Shown here piece by piece: positions 1-13,100 of a stretch of 64,000 bases of DNA. The translations under genes were made by a program, and so were the position numbers. Every line of letters begins with the position of its first letter. Position 1 is the first letter of the stretch. The notes beneath the pieces are model-generated. The model was not told where the DNA came from and did no database searches. It saw only the letters and a program-made list of their open reading frames with translations. Origin of the DNA: Schmidtea polychroa (Eukaryota); the NCBI GenBank assembly GCA_044892525.1, contig CM097887.1, positions 128,132,397 through 128,196,396 of the forward strand. The letters are read 5' to 3'.

Positions 1-99
1 CGTTTGTTTGAATATTCGTATTTTGTACATGAAATATAAATTTTAAAAGTAATTTTACTTATTAGATCTAACAATATAGCCACCAAAATATGGAAGGAT

Positions 100-450
100 T
101 GATCAAAACGTACTCTAACTGTTGGGAATATTTTGAAAAATTTGACAAGGAAACACCAAAATGTCAAATGTGCTCAATACAAATATAATACAAAGCCTCG
201 TGAACAACTGGTCTGCATCGTCATTTAGACCATGTACATGAAATGAAATGAAAAGAAATTACAGTGAAACTTTGACAAAACGATTAAGAGAAATATATAA
301 TTGACCTGGAGTTGAAAAATTTTTTAAGATTAACAAACCTAACCTAAATGAAATTGTTTCAAAATTGGCCACAATAGATGGGTTGACTTTCATACTAATT
401 TTTAGAAGCAAATCGAGGTCTTAATTATCCAAAGATGAGCTAATCCATTT
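100..450 (+). mobile_element. Degenerate BED-finger hAT transposase fragment
   Basis: Manual translation from about 118 gives NCWEYFEKFDKETPKCQMCSIQI*YKAS*TTGLHRHLDHVH (W..F / CxxC / L.RHL...H BED finger, two stops). Downstream is LNEIVSKLATIDGLTF, typical of hAT N-termini. Confidence 0.65.
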
Positions 451-1599
451 ACAATAATATATCATTGACTATTCAAATTGAAAAGTTGCCATATAATCCA
501 TTTTTGAACCCCATCGAAAGTGTTGAGCAAAATTAAAAATGGGGTAAGGACTAAAGTTTCTTCGGCTGTTGGATTTACCAGACAGATTTACCTTCAATGA
601 ATGATTTACTGCAATGTCCCAAGCAGTTAACGAGGAACTTTGAAAACCAGATAATAATAATTTCAAAAATCATATTAAAAATTCTTCCCTAAATACTTCA
701 TATTTTAGGTGAACTATGAAAAATTTAATGTATATTATAATAAATAAATATCTTACTTCTTTATTCATTATTTTAACAAAAAATCTTAAAATTAACTAAA
801 ATCCAATACAAAGCTTATTTGACATAACTAAATGAATGTCTTAGATTGAATGTATTAAATGAATGTATTAGATTGTCGTACTCGATGGAATAGTTTAACA
901 ATAATGTTAGAAAATAATATTTTCATTATATTACGACCTGTTCAATTATACATTGAAACATCAAGTTAAAAGGATGCATGTATTTTAACCAGTGGGGGAA
1001 TTTTTAGATTTTCATTCTCAACACTTCAAAATGAAAATTCACAATTGAGCATTAATTTGCTAAAATAAACAATGCTTTAGTTTCACTGATCAGATTTCTC
1101 AAAGATCCGACTTTTTTGGCTAGTACTGATGACATCTTCACGATGAGTACACGATGAGATTTTTTAGTTCAAACCAATATCAAGAAATGCCGGAAAATGA
1201 CAATTTAACTTTATCGAAAGATCGTTTACATATTTCTGAAAATTCTAAAATAAATCTAATTCAATTATTGGGGAAATCTATACAAGGGAAAATTAGACAG
1301 CCTCAACCTTATTTTTATGATAGATTTTCATCACTAAGCAAAGAAAGTAACCGGGAAAATATCAATCAACTTGGAATATTTTAGACGAACGTCATTAACA
1401 ATACGTCATACGTCTAACCAGAATGAGCGAAATTTTTACGTTACTGGTGTTGAGGATAGCTAAATGACAAATTATAAACAAATAAATAAAATTACTTGGG
1501 GGAAGATCGTCATGACAAATGCGACGATCTATGGGAACTCAGAAAAGAAAACGTAAGCAAAAAGAAAGGAGAAATGAGGAAGAGGAAGTAAGCAAAATA

Positions 1600-2430
1600 A
1601 ATCAAACATAGAAATAGAAACAAGGTCAGTACTAATTAATTATTACAAAAAGGAAAAGGAATTTCGAAATTTGGAAAATAGGAAAAACAACAATACTCTT
1701 ATCTTGATAGATTGCCAGTAATAACAGAATTGTTGGGAGAATGCGGTTAAACAAAAAAGGAAAAATAACTTTACAGCCGTCAGAGATAAAAATGGAACAG
1801 TCGGGGAAGGCAGGAGAAAGAAAGTAGAAAAACACTTGATTATCTTGAATGTCACAAATTGACGAGGTATAAAAGGAGGTAGCACAGCAGAAGCAGGGAG
1901 AGAAACTATAGAGAGGACGAATTGTAAGATTAAGAAGACGTGGGAGAATTGTATTAGCGAACAGTTTGAAGAAGTCATTGAGAGAACAATTTAGAAGAAA
2001 TATTTGAATAAAATTGAAACCGAGAAATTAAAAAGAAAACAGAATTAAAGAGAATCAGCAAGAGTTTATTCAGTTGATAATAGAATAAAGTTTGGCGAGT
2101 AAAACCAAGTCAAAATCAGAGAACAACCAGTTAAAATTACCAATTATTACACTCCTCAGTTGTGAGAGATTTGTCTCATCAAAAGTAATATATGAGTGTG
2201 CTATTCCTCGCCATAGTGTTGTAATAAGCACAATATAATAGTTAGCTTGTTGAGTCAATTGTATTAGTGTAAAAATATTTGTGATATTCAATAAAGTTTC
2301 CAGTGTTAATTGTTATTTGTAGGTCAGTCAAAGACACTGTTGGAGTCAGAGTAAGAATTCTAATTTTATCACCAACTCAATAACACAACACTGGTAATTT
2401 TGTGACAACAACAAGAGCAAGACTGTCTGA
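1600..2430. mobile_element. Decayed LINE-like scraps
   Basis: Purine-rich, stop-riddled stretch on +. On -, the 2070-2291 frame contains VIIGNFNW, resembling the APE endonuclease IIGDFN motif. Weak. Confidence 0.3.
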
Positions 2431-2775
2431 CCAATCAATTTTTTAAAACATTATTTCATGAAAAATAAATAAATATTGATTTTGCATTTTTCTTTGGACT
2501 ACAAAGTAATTAAGTAATTTTTAAATTAACTTAAATGATTTAATGTTTTACCAATTAAACTAAACACCAACAATTTCAAAAAAAAATTTCTCGAAAAAAA
2601 GAATAAATATATTGGTATATCTTTTTTCTCAAGAATCCTGAGAGAATTCTCGAGATATTACTTTTTTCTCTATTTCTCAAGAACAACAAATTGTCGAGAA
2701 ATGCTCAACTCTAGTTTTGGTTCAACAGATTGTTTTAGTTTTATTGATTAAAATATTTAGACTATTGATTTATAC

Positions 2776-3281
2776 CAGAGGAGACCAAACTTTTTTGAGC
2801 CACGGCACACTTGGCTGAATTAAAAATTTTCGCGGCACACCTTAATTTTTTTTTGCTTTATTTGCAATTTTTTATTGCATTTTTACTAATCTTTTAACTA
2901 ATCTTTAGAAATGAAAAACTTATTTAATTGAAATAAATTTAATGTAAAAAATTTTAAATTTAGAAAAATTAGTGAATGAGAAATTCATAAAACATAGTTA
3001 ATGAGATTTATGTGCTTGATGTTCCGAACAAATAAGTTCCAATCGTGGTGGAATTTTTGACAAACAAACTCTTAATTCTTGATCAATGTTAACCATACGT
3101 TCCCGCTTCTTTGATTTAATTGACTGATTAACATTTAAATTTGAAATAACTGTTAAAATATCCACAATTCAATTTCCTTTTATTAAGTTTTTTGGAAAAA
3201 CAGGGTGTTTTTGACTTTTTTTTACAAAAATTTCACAGCACACCTGGGCACCCGCCACGGCACACAGTTTGGACAACACTG
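2776..3281. mobile_element. hAT-type MITE
   Basis: Termini CAGAGGAGACCAAAC ... GTTTGGACAACACTG. Perfect 8-bp TSD ATTTATAC at 2768-2775 and 3282-3289. Confidence 0.9.
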
Positions 3282-3668
3282 ATTTATACTAAAACGATGA
3301 AAAATTGTATTATTTAACTTTACATGCTATGACATCAAAAAGCACAGAAGATAAAATATGATAAAAATTTATTAAAAGAAATTTTTGTTTATTTTTGTTT
3401 ATTTTTTAAATACTTTTAGAAAATACATTAATAACCTCTTAATATAATTAAATAAAATTTTTCGTGCATTAGTAAAAATATGTTTGCATATTTATTTATT
3501 TGAATATAAAAATTAACACTACACTTAAAATTAAAAATTAAAATGGAAATTGCGTAATCAGTAATTGTCTTTAAATGTGCTAATTAAATTATTAATTTTA
3601 GGAATATTTAAGTGACGAATTTATAAAACTATAAATTTAATATTAGTAAAAGTTTATAATCCTATCAA

Positions 3669-6600
3669 ATGGGAAACATTCTTAAGTTATTAAGCAGGAA
3701 TATAGAAGAAACCAAGGACGATTCTAATGTCTTCATAGATTTTGAAAGTAAATAATTTTTTTAATTTGATTACTTAAATTTTTAAAGATTGTCAACCAAC
3801 GGAAGTTGAAAAACCAATTTATGATCTCATTGCGTCCAAGTTAGGAAGATCTAAAGATATTTTACAACGTTTGGAAAATTATAAAGGTGCTGCCATTGTT
3901 ATTAAAGAAGCTATAAGTAACTATACGAACAATGATTTACAAAAAAAAGCTTGGAATGAAGTGGTTCCATTAATGAAAGAATTGAAGATATGTTATGAAT
4001 TCGCTGTAGAATTAGGTAATTTCAGTAATTTTCAACAATTATTAATGTTCATCAAGCTGAAACGGTTCCGAGAGTAATGGCAGTTCTTTGTTCATATGAA
4101 CAATCGATCAATGAGCATCTGGAATCAAAACAAGCAACTTTCAAACAATTTGCTGATATTTTGGATTTCATTTTAAATTTCGACAGCTTAAAAGTATATT
4201 AAATTTGAAAAGAAAATTTATTTAACATCTTTCTATTCCAGATGATGAGCCCGTCAATTCAGAATGATTTGAGTTATTATCGTAGATGTTGTACAAGGCG
4301 AAGAAATTACGGACAAGTATATTTTGAAAATTTTATTTTAAATAAAAAAAATTTATGAAAATTGAAACTAATTTCGATTTTTATTTCATAACTTTGATAA
4401 TAATTCTATTATAAATTGTAAAGAGAGAGTTTCCGTTTTTCAAAGTTGTCTTGTTTATACTGAAGGATATTTCGAGTTTTTCGTAATTAATATGATGGAT
4501 GTATTATTCATTAATTATTATTGTAATCAATTGATTATAATTTAGAATATTATGAACCCTTTTTGCAAATTTTCTCTCTTTTGATAAGTTTTATAATTAT
4601 TATAACGATTTTTTTAATATCACTAAAAATTATTATTAATTTTGTTAAATTTTATTTTTCTTATTATTATTATTTGATATTANNNNNNNNNNNNNNNNNN
4701 NNNNNNNNNNNNNNNNNNNNNNNNNNNNNNNNNNNNNNNNNNNNNNNNNNNNNNNNNNNNNNNNNNNNNNNNNNNNNNNNNNNNNNNNNNNNNNNNNNNN
4801 NNNNNNNNNNNNNNNNNNNNNNNNNNNNNNNNNNNNNNNNNNNNNNNNNNNNNNNNNNNNNNNNNNNNNNNNNNNNNNNNNNNNNNNNNNNNNNNNNNNN
4901 NNNNNNNNNNNNNNNNNNNNNNNNNNNNNNNNNNNNNNNNNNNNNNNNNNNNNNNNNNNNNNNNNNNNNNNNNNNNNNNNNNNNNNNNNNNNNNNNNNNN
5001 NNNNNNNNNNNNNNNNNNNNNNNNNNNNNNNNNNNNNNNNNNNNNNNNNNNNNNNNNNNNNNNNNNNNNNNNNNNNNNNNNNNNNNNNNNNNNNTAACCG
5101 AAGTTTTTATTAAAACCAAACCGAAATTTTTTAAAAACATTAATCTAAATCGGGAACAAAATTTTCTATTTCAATTTTTCAAATAAATATTTTGAATTTT
5201 TTTACTATCTTGGTTTATTTATTAGCAATATGCTAACTTTATCGTAAATAAAGTTTTGATTTATATTTTTATGAGCTGACAACAACTTTCGTGTATTTAG
5301 TTGCATTAATATGTTTGTTAAATTTTCATTTCTCTGTTAATATATTTATAAAATGTAATTTTTGAATTAGCGACATAATTTTGTTTATTTACCTGTAATT
5401 TTTCAAATCTCCTTCTGCATTTCTATGAGAAATCAAATTAGAAAATGAGAATAATTTTGGCATGTGAATTGAAAACCGTAATTGGAACAATATTATTATT
5501 TATCTTTTAAATAGGAATGTAACCTATATCCTAAAATTCTAAAAACCAAAAAAAATTAAATTCATATTTAGTAGAAAATAATTATATTAATATCGTAAAC
5601 TCTCTCTATAAGGTACACCAATTTTGCGCTTAGGCTTTCGCAAAAGATGTACCATATAATAGTGGTAGGCAAATGGTGTGTCGGGGGAAATTTTAAAAAT
5701 TGCCAAAATACCCCGTTTTAAAAAATACTTGTGATAAAAATTCTTAAACAGTAAATTTAAATTCAAAATAAATTATTGAATCCTAAAAATCACTGATTTC
5801 ATATATTTTAATACTTCCATTGGATTCTTTTATTCTTATTAAACCAATTAATATATATTCGTAAGTAGCTTATTTTTAGTCAACTGTTCAGAAAATCGCA
5901 TTGATTTCCAACCTTACATAGAGAGAAATAAGTTGTTATTTCTATTTTTTGTCATTTCATATTTGTCTAACTTTTTCAAAAAGAAATGTTTTTGGCACCG
6001 CTTCAAATTGTGAAAAAAATAAATTACTAATGTGTGTTGCGGCTTGAAAAAGTTTGTTCATCACTGTCCTATCTCTAATTAACACGCTATATAGGGTTCT
6101 TTTTGCAAGAACCTAAACGCAAAATTGGTGTACCTTATATAGCGAGTGTTGTGGTTGGCGTAGTCCTTTCTGGTGATTTGGCAATAGAATCATTTCTTTG
6201 ACCATTATTCGAGAAAACGCCAAATAATTCTTCAGTTTTCTTTTTTTCTGGCTGACATAATGATGGATTTTCGCAATGAATTATTTTACAATGGGTAGTA
6301 TTGAACAAAACCGCGTCACATTGTTTGTAGTCACAACAGTATTTAATACATTCGTCCCACTCATCTAGCATGATTATCTTTTGTATGATATTAGTTTTAT
6401 TAACAAGACCAAATGGAAAGTGATTCAATAACACGATTTGTGAATACCTATCATCAGATGAATTAATATCCTTACATACTTCCTCCTTGTTCGAGGTTAT
6501 GAAATTTAACAATATCAGTAATGTAAATAATTTTAAAATCATTTGAGAAGAAAAGTAATTAAATTCAATTTAAAGTCAGACAATTTATATAATAAATTCG

Positions 6601-9600
6601 ATTTACACAATTTTTATTTAAATTACAATTTTCACTTATTTAAGTAAAACAAAAATATATTATAGAAACTATATAAAAAATGTAAATATAATCAGACCAG
6701 ATAAACATATTCAACAGCCATTTCTCATTTACAAAATGTTAACTAAATATAATAATTTCATATAGTCCGATTATTTCTAAAGATTTTACAGCCTGCCGAT
6801 TTGTCCATGAACCATTTTGACCATTGTCATTCGCATACAATATTTGAGGAAATGTATATCCTTTGCCGTTCTGATCCTTTTTTGCATTATCACATTGATC
6901 AGAATTTGTAAAGACGTGTGGTGGTTTGATAAAAAGATCTTTTCGGGTTCATATTATTGTTAGGATTTGTTCCGTATTTCGCGAATTGTAATGGATGATG
7001 GTGTTGGTCTATGAGAGCCAACACTAAAACTATTGGGAGCCGAATACAGTTTATCTTGATAATGATAACATGGCATCGAATTTGCTTTACTCGTCTGAGA
7101 TTGATTAATAGAGCCTGATTGATAAGTAGAAGTATTAGCTGATCGCACGACTTTTGATTGACTATACTTGTGTTCTGTTTGGTCCTTATTCGTTGGTGAC
7201 CGCGCATTTATATATAATATAATATAATATAATATAGTATAATAGGTATATAGATATTGTTAAGGCCGTGTAACGGATCACTACAGCGAGTTTACTGTAC
7301 TGTATAATCTTTCATTAAAATCAAAGCAATAGTTAATTAAAGAAGCAAATCCAAAGTTAATTTAATTATTTTTTCTTAGAATTGGTAATTCATATACTGT
7401 AAACCAGTGTTTCCCGATCTTCTTTATACCATGTCCCACCGTAGTATTTTTAAAAGTCATATGCCCCACCGGCCCTTTTGAAGTAGTTGTAAAACTTCGA
7501 TAATCAGTATTGTCAGTATGAAAAATAACGGTCAACGAAATTGCTGAATGCACGTTGTTATATTTCGTCGTGAATGAGAATATTCTATTAAAAAAAATAT
7601 GTCGAAAAGTTGATAATTTCAGACATGTCCCACCTCTGAAGCGCGGTGCCCCACCTCTTAGGCGTGATGCCCCACCATTTGAAACACTGTTGTAAACTGT
7701 ATAAAAATAATTTCCAGCTCGAATATCTGATTTTGTTTATGATTTTTATTATCATTATAGAATGATGGTCTCTTGGTAGCAGCATAAATTATATGTTAAA
7801 CTAATAAATAATAAGATAAGTCTTTTGCTCCAAAGTTAGTGTTGCCAGACGTCCCGGTTTTCCGGGATTGTCCTGGTGTCCCGATAGATGTCTTCGAGAT
7901 GCACATTCATCCCGTCTTAAAGCGTTTCGTTTTTGGAGCTTTTCCTTTGCAATTTTAGTTTTTTCATCTATGGTTTTACAGTGATATAAATTTTGCTGCG
8001 TTTTTATAATAGTTTTAACAAAAAAAAGTTAACAAATTGACCGTAAATAATAAATTTCACTCCTGGCTCCATTGGACAAAAAAGGGTAAAATTTTTTTTG
8101 TTGTTAGTTGTCTGTTGATAAAGATTAATAATTATTTATTAATAATTACCTACATTTTAAAATTTTACAAGAAAGTAGAAAAATATTACTAGAAAAAATT
8201 TGGTCAAGTTGTGTTGCTGTTTAATGATACACGGTTTTCTATATAATTTAATCTGTTTGTCATATAATTTCATCTTTTTGTCAAATAATTTTATCATTGT
8301 ACAACATGAAGAAAATTTTATTAAGGAAATAATTTTTATTCATTATATAAAAAATTACATACATAAAAAGTCAAAGTACACATTTATTAAAACTCCTTCC
8401 TTCGAATTGCCTGTAAAGCGTATCTTGGCATATTGCCGAAGTGGCTTTCACAGTCTGCAGTGGAAACTTCTCTATATGCAACTCGAACAGCATTATTAAG
8501 CTCCTCAACGCTGTTACAATTCATTGTTTTGATAATATGTTTCTATTTTGAAAACGTCTCTTCAATAGGATTTAATTGGGAGCTCTATGGAAGCAAGAAA
8601 ACTAATTCAATTTCACTTTCTCTTAATGTTCTTCTTACGGCGTTTACTTTGTAAATAGAACAATTATCCATCACAAATACTGGATTTGGCAAACCCTTTG
8701 ATGCAAGTTGTCTGATCAAATTTATCATTAGCATATTAAATCTTTCACCATTGAACGCGCCATTTTCGATATCATAAAAAAAACTCCACCCTTATGAATT
8801 GTTGCGCCTTTGGATTAATTTTGCGACCTTATGGATTTCACCTCATTCCTTGGAGTTGTACCAACCATACTTCGACCGTAAGCGAGCCTCATTAAACAAT
8901 TCACGCCCTTTTCATCAATAAAAACTAGTCTTTCTTCATTTTGGATCAGAAACCAATTAGCATAATCGTAACGCTTTTGTATTGTAGATTCGGTATTCTG
9001 TGCCAGTGGAATGAGTTCAGTGCGTTTGAAAGAATAATTAAAACTAGTCAAGGTCATATTAATCGTTGATAAAGATACATGCAAATTCCGTTCGCCATTT
9101 AATTTAGATTGTATTTTTTTAACGTCACAGAAAAATCAGTTTCAACAAGTTCCTTTTTAAAATTCTTGTCATTTTCTGAAATCTTTCCGTTTTGGTGATC
9201 TGTTGGCTATTTTTAAAATTCGATCTTCGGTCTCGTAAAGGTTTATGACACTTGCAACCGTTTTGTAGTTCATTTCAAGCTCACTGGATATGGTTTTGGG
9301 GGACTTTCCAGCGTCGTATTTCGAACATATCGACATTCGTACCGAATTTTGAAGTTGTGGCCAAAAAACAGGGGTTCTTAACCTTTTCAAACTTATGGAC
9401 CCCATAAATATATAATTGGTACCGACGGACCCCTGAAATGTTAAAAAACTAAATTAAACTTTATTGTAGCAACAATAAAAACTTCGAATCAATGCAAAAC
9501 AGAATAGTATCATAGCAACGAGCAAATATTTACAAAAAAGTGCCTACTGAGACTTTAATTTTTTAACATAAAAATTCAAATGTTAGAATTTTGATGCTAC

Positions 9601-10078
9601 AAAACAGTAAAGAAATGTTACTTTTTATTTTAGTTACAATATCAAGATAACATAAAAATATTTTTTACAATTTTTTGTAAATAGTGCCGCGGATCACTTC
9701 AAACGCGTTCGTGGACCCCAGGTTAAGAACCACTGCATTAGAACTAGTCATGGGCTTCATACATGTAATAAATCTTCCTTTATTAGCCTGTATAATTATT
9801 ATGTAATAAATCAATGTAATAATATAATAGATTTATAATAATATAACCTGTAATAAAACTTTTCTCCGCCAAAAATGACACTTTCTCAAAAATTATTAAA
9901 TTATGTGACAAAAAGATTAAATTGTTTTGCAAGAAAATTAAATTATATGACAAACAGATTAACACTAGATTTATGGGTAAAATAGCCGTTAAAATAGGTA
10001 TATCTAATTCGATATGCGAAATGAGGGAGTCGGCAGTATTTAAAAATCAACATATGTATTCAAAAAATAATAAATCAG

Positions 10079-10136
<58 letters not shown>

Positions 10137-13100
10137 CTTTTGGGGGACTTTAAATGATTGGGGAATAAATGGGGAATTTTAAATGATTCCAATTGGCTCA
10201 GACCGTAAATATCTTGTTAAATTATGTGAAAAATAATAAACTTGCAATTATTGTGATAATGATAATATAAAATATTTTACTGTTGCCAAATGTCCCGGTT
10301 GGTTGTAATAAAAATCTGGTAACCCTATGCAAAGTATATATTAAATGGTCTGTCCTATAATTTCCCTGTTTATCATATTATCAGTATTATTATTAAAATT
10401 TCCAAATTTATTATTACTTTTGTTTTATTATAATTAGTCTATAATTGTTTTTTATAAAAGGATGCCGTTGTAGTTAAAGAGGAAACAGTGACAGATGAAT
10501 TATGTGGAAATATGTCTTTGTTTTATGCCGAGTCGACTCCTATGCTAAAACTGATAACTCGTTCTATTTCTCGATGGCGAGATGAGGTCATTAAATTTTT
10601 ATTTATTATCATATTATTTACTTTAGAAAATTTCTAATTAATAATTTCTAAACTTGTAATATACGAGAATATCGTTTTATAGTAAAACACAAATATTTTT
10701 GACATTTGTCAATTTTACAATATTATATATTATTTGTTTAATTATGAAACTTCATTAAACTTAAATAAATATCATTCTAAACGGTTTAAGATTAAAAGAA
10801 AATATTTTAAATGGTAAGTTTTAAGGTTTTTCCAATTCAATAACACGGAAAATCATCATCAGGAAAGAAATTTCTTTATGAATTTTTTGGATTTGGGTTT
10901 TTTCATTCAAATAATTTTATTTATGACCAGAAAAAATAGAAAAGATTTGAAATTGTCACTAATCTTCCCTCAATACCTCTTCTGTTCAGTTATTATGTTT
11001 AACACTCCAAACATATAATCAATAATTTTAATTAAATGTGTATTTTTACACAATGTATATTGTTCAAACATATGAGCATTGTTTAAACATATGAGCATTG
11101 TTCGAATATTTGTTTGAATGATTTTTATCATTAGTTGTAAAAAAATATCATTTTCAAAGTTTTCTTGAGGATACTTATTGGACCAGTGACGTAGCGAATG
11201 GGGAACAAGGTGGTCTGTCATGCCCAAATTAAATCAAAAGTCTATCACGCTAAATGTTCTGGAAAATTTCAATTTTTATTTTATTCGATTTATGGGAAAT
11301 ATATTTTAAATTAATAATTATTGTAATATAATTGATTATAAATAATGTTTTCAGTAAATCAATCAAGTATCTTCGTATACAAAATGCCCTTCTTTCTTTC
11401 TGAACACTTTTTTTTACTTTATTTAGTGATATATTTTTAGTTTTTTAAACGAAATGTACAGAAAATACAAATGAAACACTCATTGTAACTCACGACGTTC
11501 TGGAGTTCAAAGATGTTGCCAATTTAAAATTCAGTAATAATCTTCAAATAATATCAAAATGATTATTCATGTATTCCGCATATTTCCGAATGAATCCAAT
11601 CTGAATGCAGTAAAATTTAAAGTCTAAGCTAAGCTCGTGTTTATCCCGAAAATCAGTATCGTATTTTGTAGAAGCGTTGTTAGGTAGTGACTATTCTTAA
11701 TATATATTATGGAGTATTTTAAGGTAAATACTGTATGCTATTATTATTTGTATTATATTCTTATTACGAGTATATTCTTCTATATTATATTTCTGTATGT
11801 ACTTTGAATGGTCGCCAAAAGGTATCTTGTCCCGGGCGCCAGTTATGCTTGCAATTCTACTATATTGGGCATGCTTTACTTATCCATAATTATTGAATAA
11901 TAAACGTTAACACAATGTGTAAATTCAATAAATTCCGTCTATTAATAATTAAATATTATTTTTTTAAATGTTTTTTGTGTACATTCAGCAAAATCTTGCA
12001 TATGGCAGAGTTTCTAAACCATTTTTTTCATGCCCCATCTAAGCCTTGTAAAAATTTTAAGGTCCCTATGTAACATTACATAATTTTTAATATTCATAAA
12101 CTAAGTTATTCACTTACTGAAGCCTCTATAAAAATTTGTTCAGAGCACAAGAATTAGATTGTCGGAAGAAATCATTAGGATATTCTAAGAAAAAGTAAAT
12201 TTTCAAAGCATATAGTAGAGACCTAAAATTGAAGTACAAAATATTTTTACTCATTTTTTAATTGCCCCCCAATTACGTATTTAATATTTGAAAAATATAT
12301 AAACTTTATGATGAATAAAACCAAAACTATAAAACCAAATTTATAATATTTCTCATATATTGAACCGTCACAGTGACATTAATAATGAAATAATTTATAT
12401 TCATTCACATACTTAATATCACGTTTTTATTTTGTTTAGATTTCATATTTAATTATTTTTTAATTTTAATAAAGCAGCTAGTTTATTATTTTTATTATCA
12501 TCTCCACTCTCGATATATTGTTTTAAATTTATCAAGTATTATTCAAATTTTAAACTAAGTGAAATTTTACGAAACTATTAGAAAAGATTTAATTTCAAAC
12601 ACAGAAGCAGAATAAAATTTTCGTTAAATATCCAAAAAATATTTTAAAGTTTTTAGATTTAACTTAATATAATAAGTCGAAATACAATTTTTTTCGGTGT
12701 AAATTAGTGTTTTTTATGTGTCGGCCACCAGTATGTCTGACACGGCAGTCAGTGTGTTAACTAGAATATAATAATCATATGAATATTTAATATCTCAGAT
12801 CTTCTGTGGTGAATCTCATAAATCAACATCAACATAGATCGATAGTAGTATCGATAGAAAGTGCAGTGCAAGTGATTAAAAGGAAGCACGTTGTACCATT
12901 GTTGTGTAAATTATATTTAATCTTTTAGTCATGGTACCAAATCTTTATTAGTGATGTCGTTTGAGTCTGTTTGACATTCCGTAATTCGCAACTTAAATTC
13001 TTTGATGACAATTCACCCTATTGCATTAGACTGCAGACGTTTTAACAGTAATGAAATGTTTCATTAACAATCAACTCTGATTATATTTAAGTTCTTTGGT

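Larger units (their letters stand above)
7837..10327. mobile_element. Non-autonomous hAT element hosting nested insertions
   Basis: Termini TAGTGTTGCCAGA ... TCTGGTAACCCTA, with GTCCCGG subterminal motifs at both ends. TSD TCCAAAGT / TGCAAAGT (1 mismatch). Confidence 0.8.

Noticed and set aside
1123-1150. CTGATGA followed by a CATC/GATG stem (hammerhead or C/D snoRNA-like)
   Set aside because: No GAAA after the stem and no suitably placed D box or terminal stem.
4563-5186. ORFs 4563-5186 (+) and 4670-5140 (-)
   Set aside because: Artefacts of translating through the N gap.
9922-10182. 86-aa ORF with a YI repeat
   Set aside because: Produced by the (TA)n microsatellite and Tc1 subterminal repeats.
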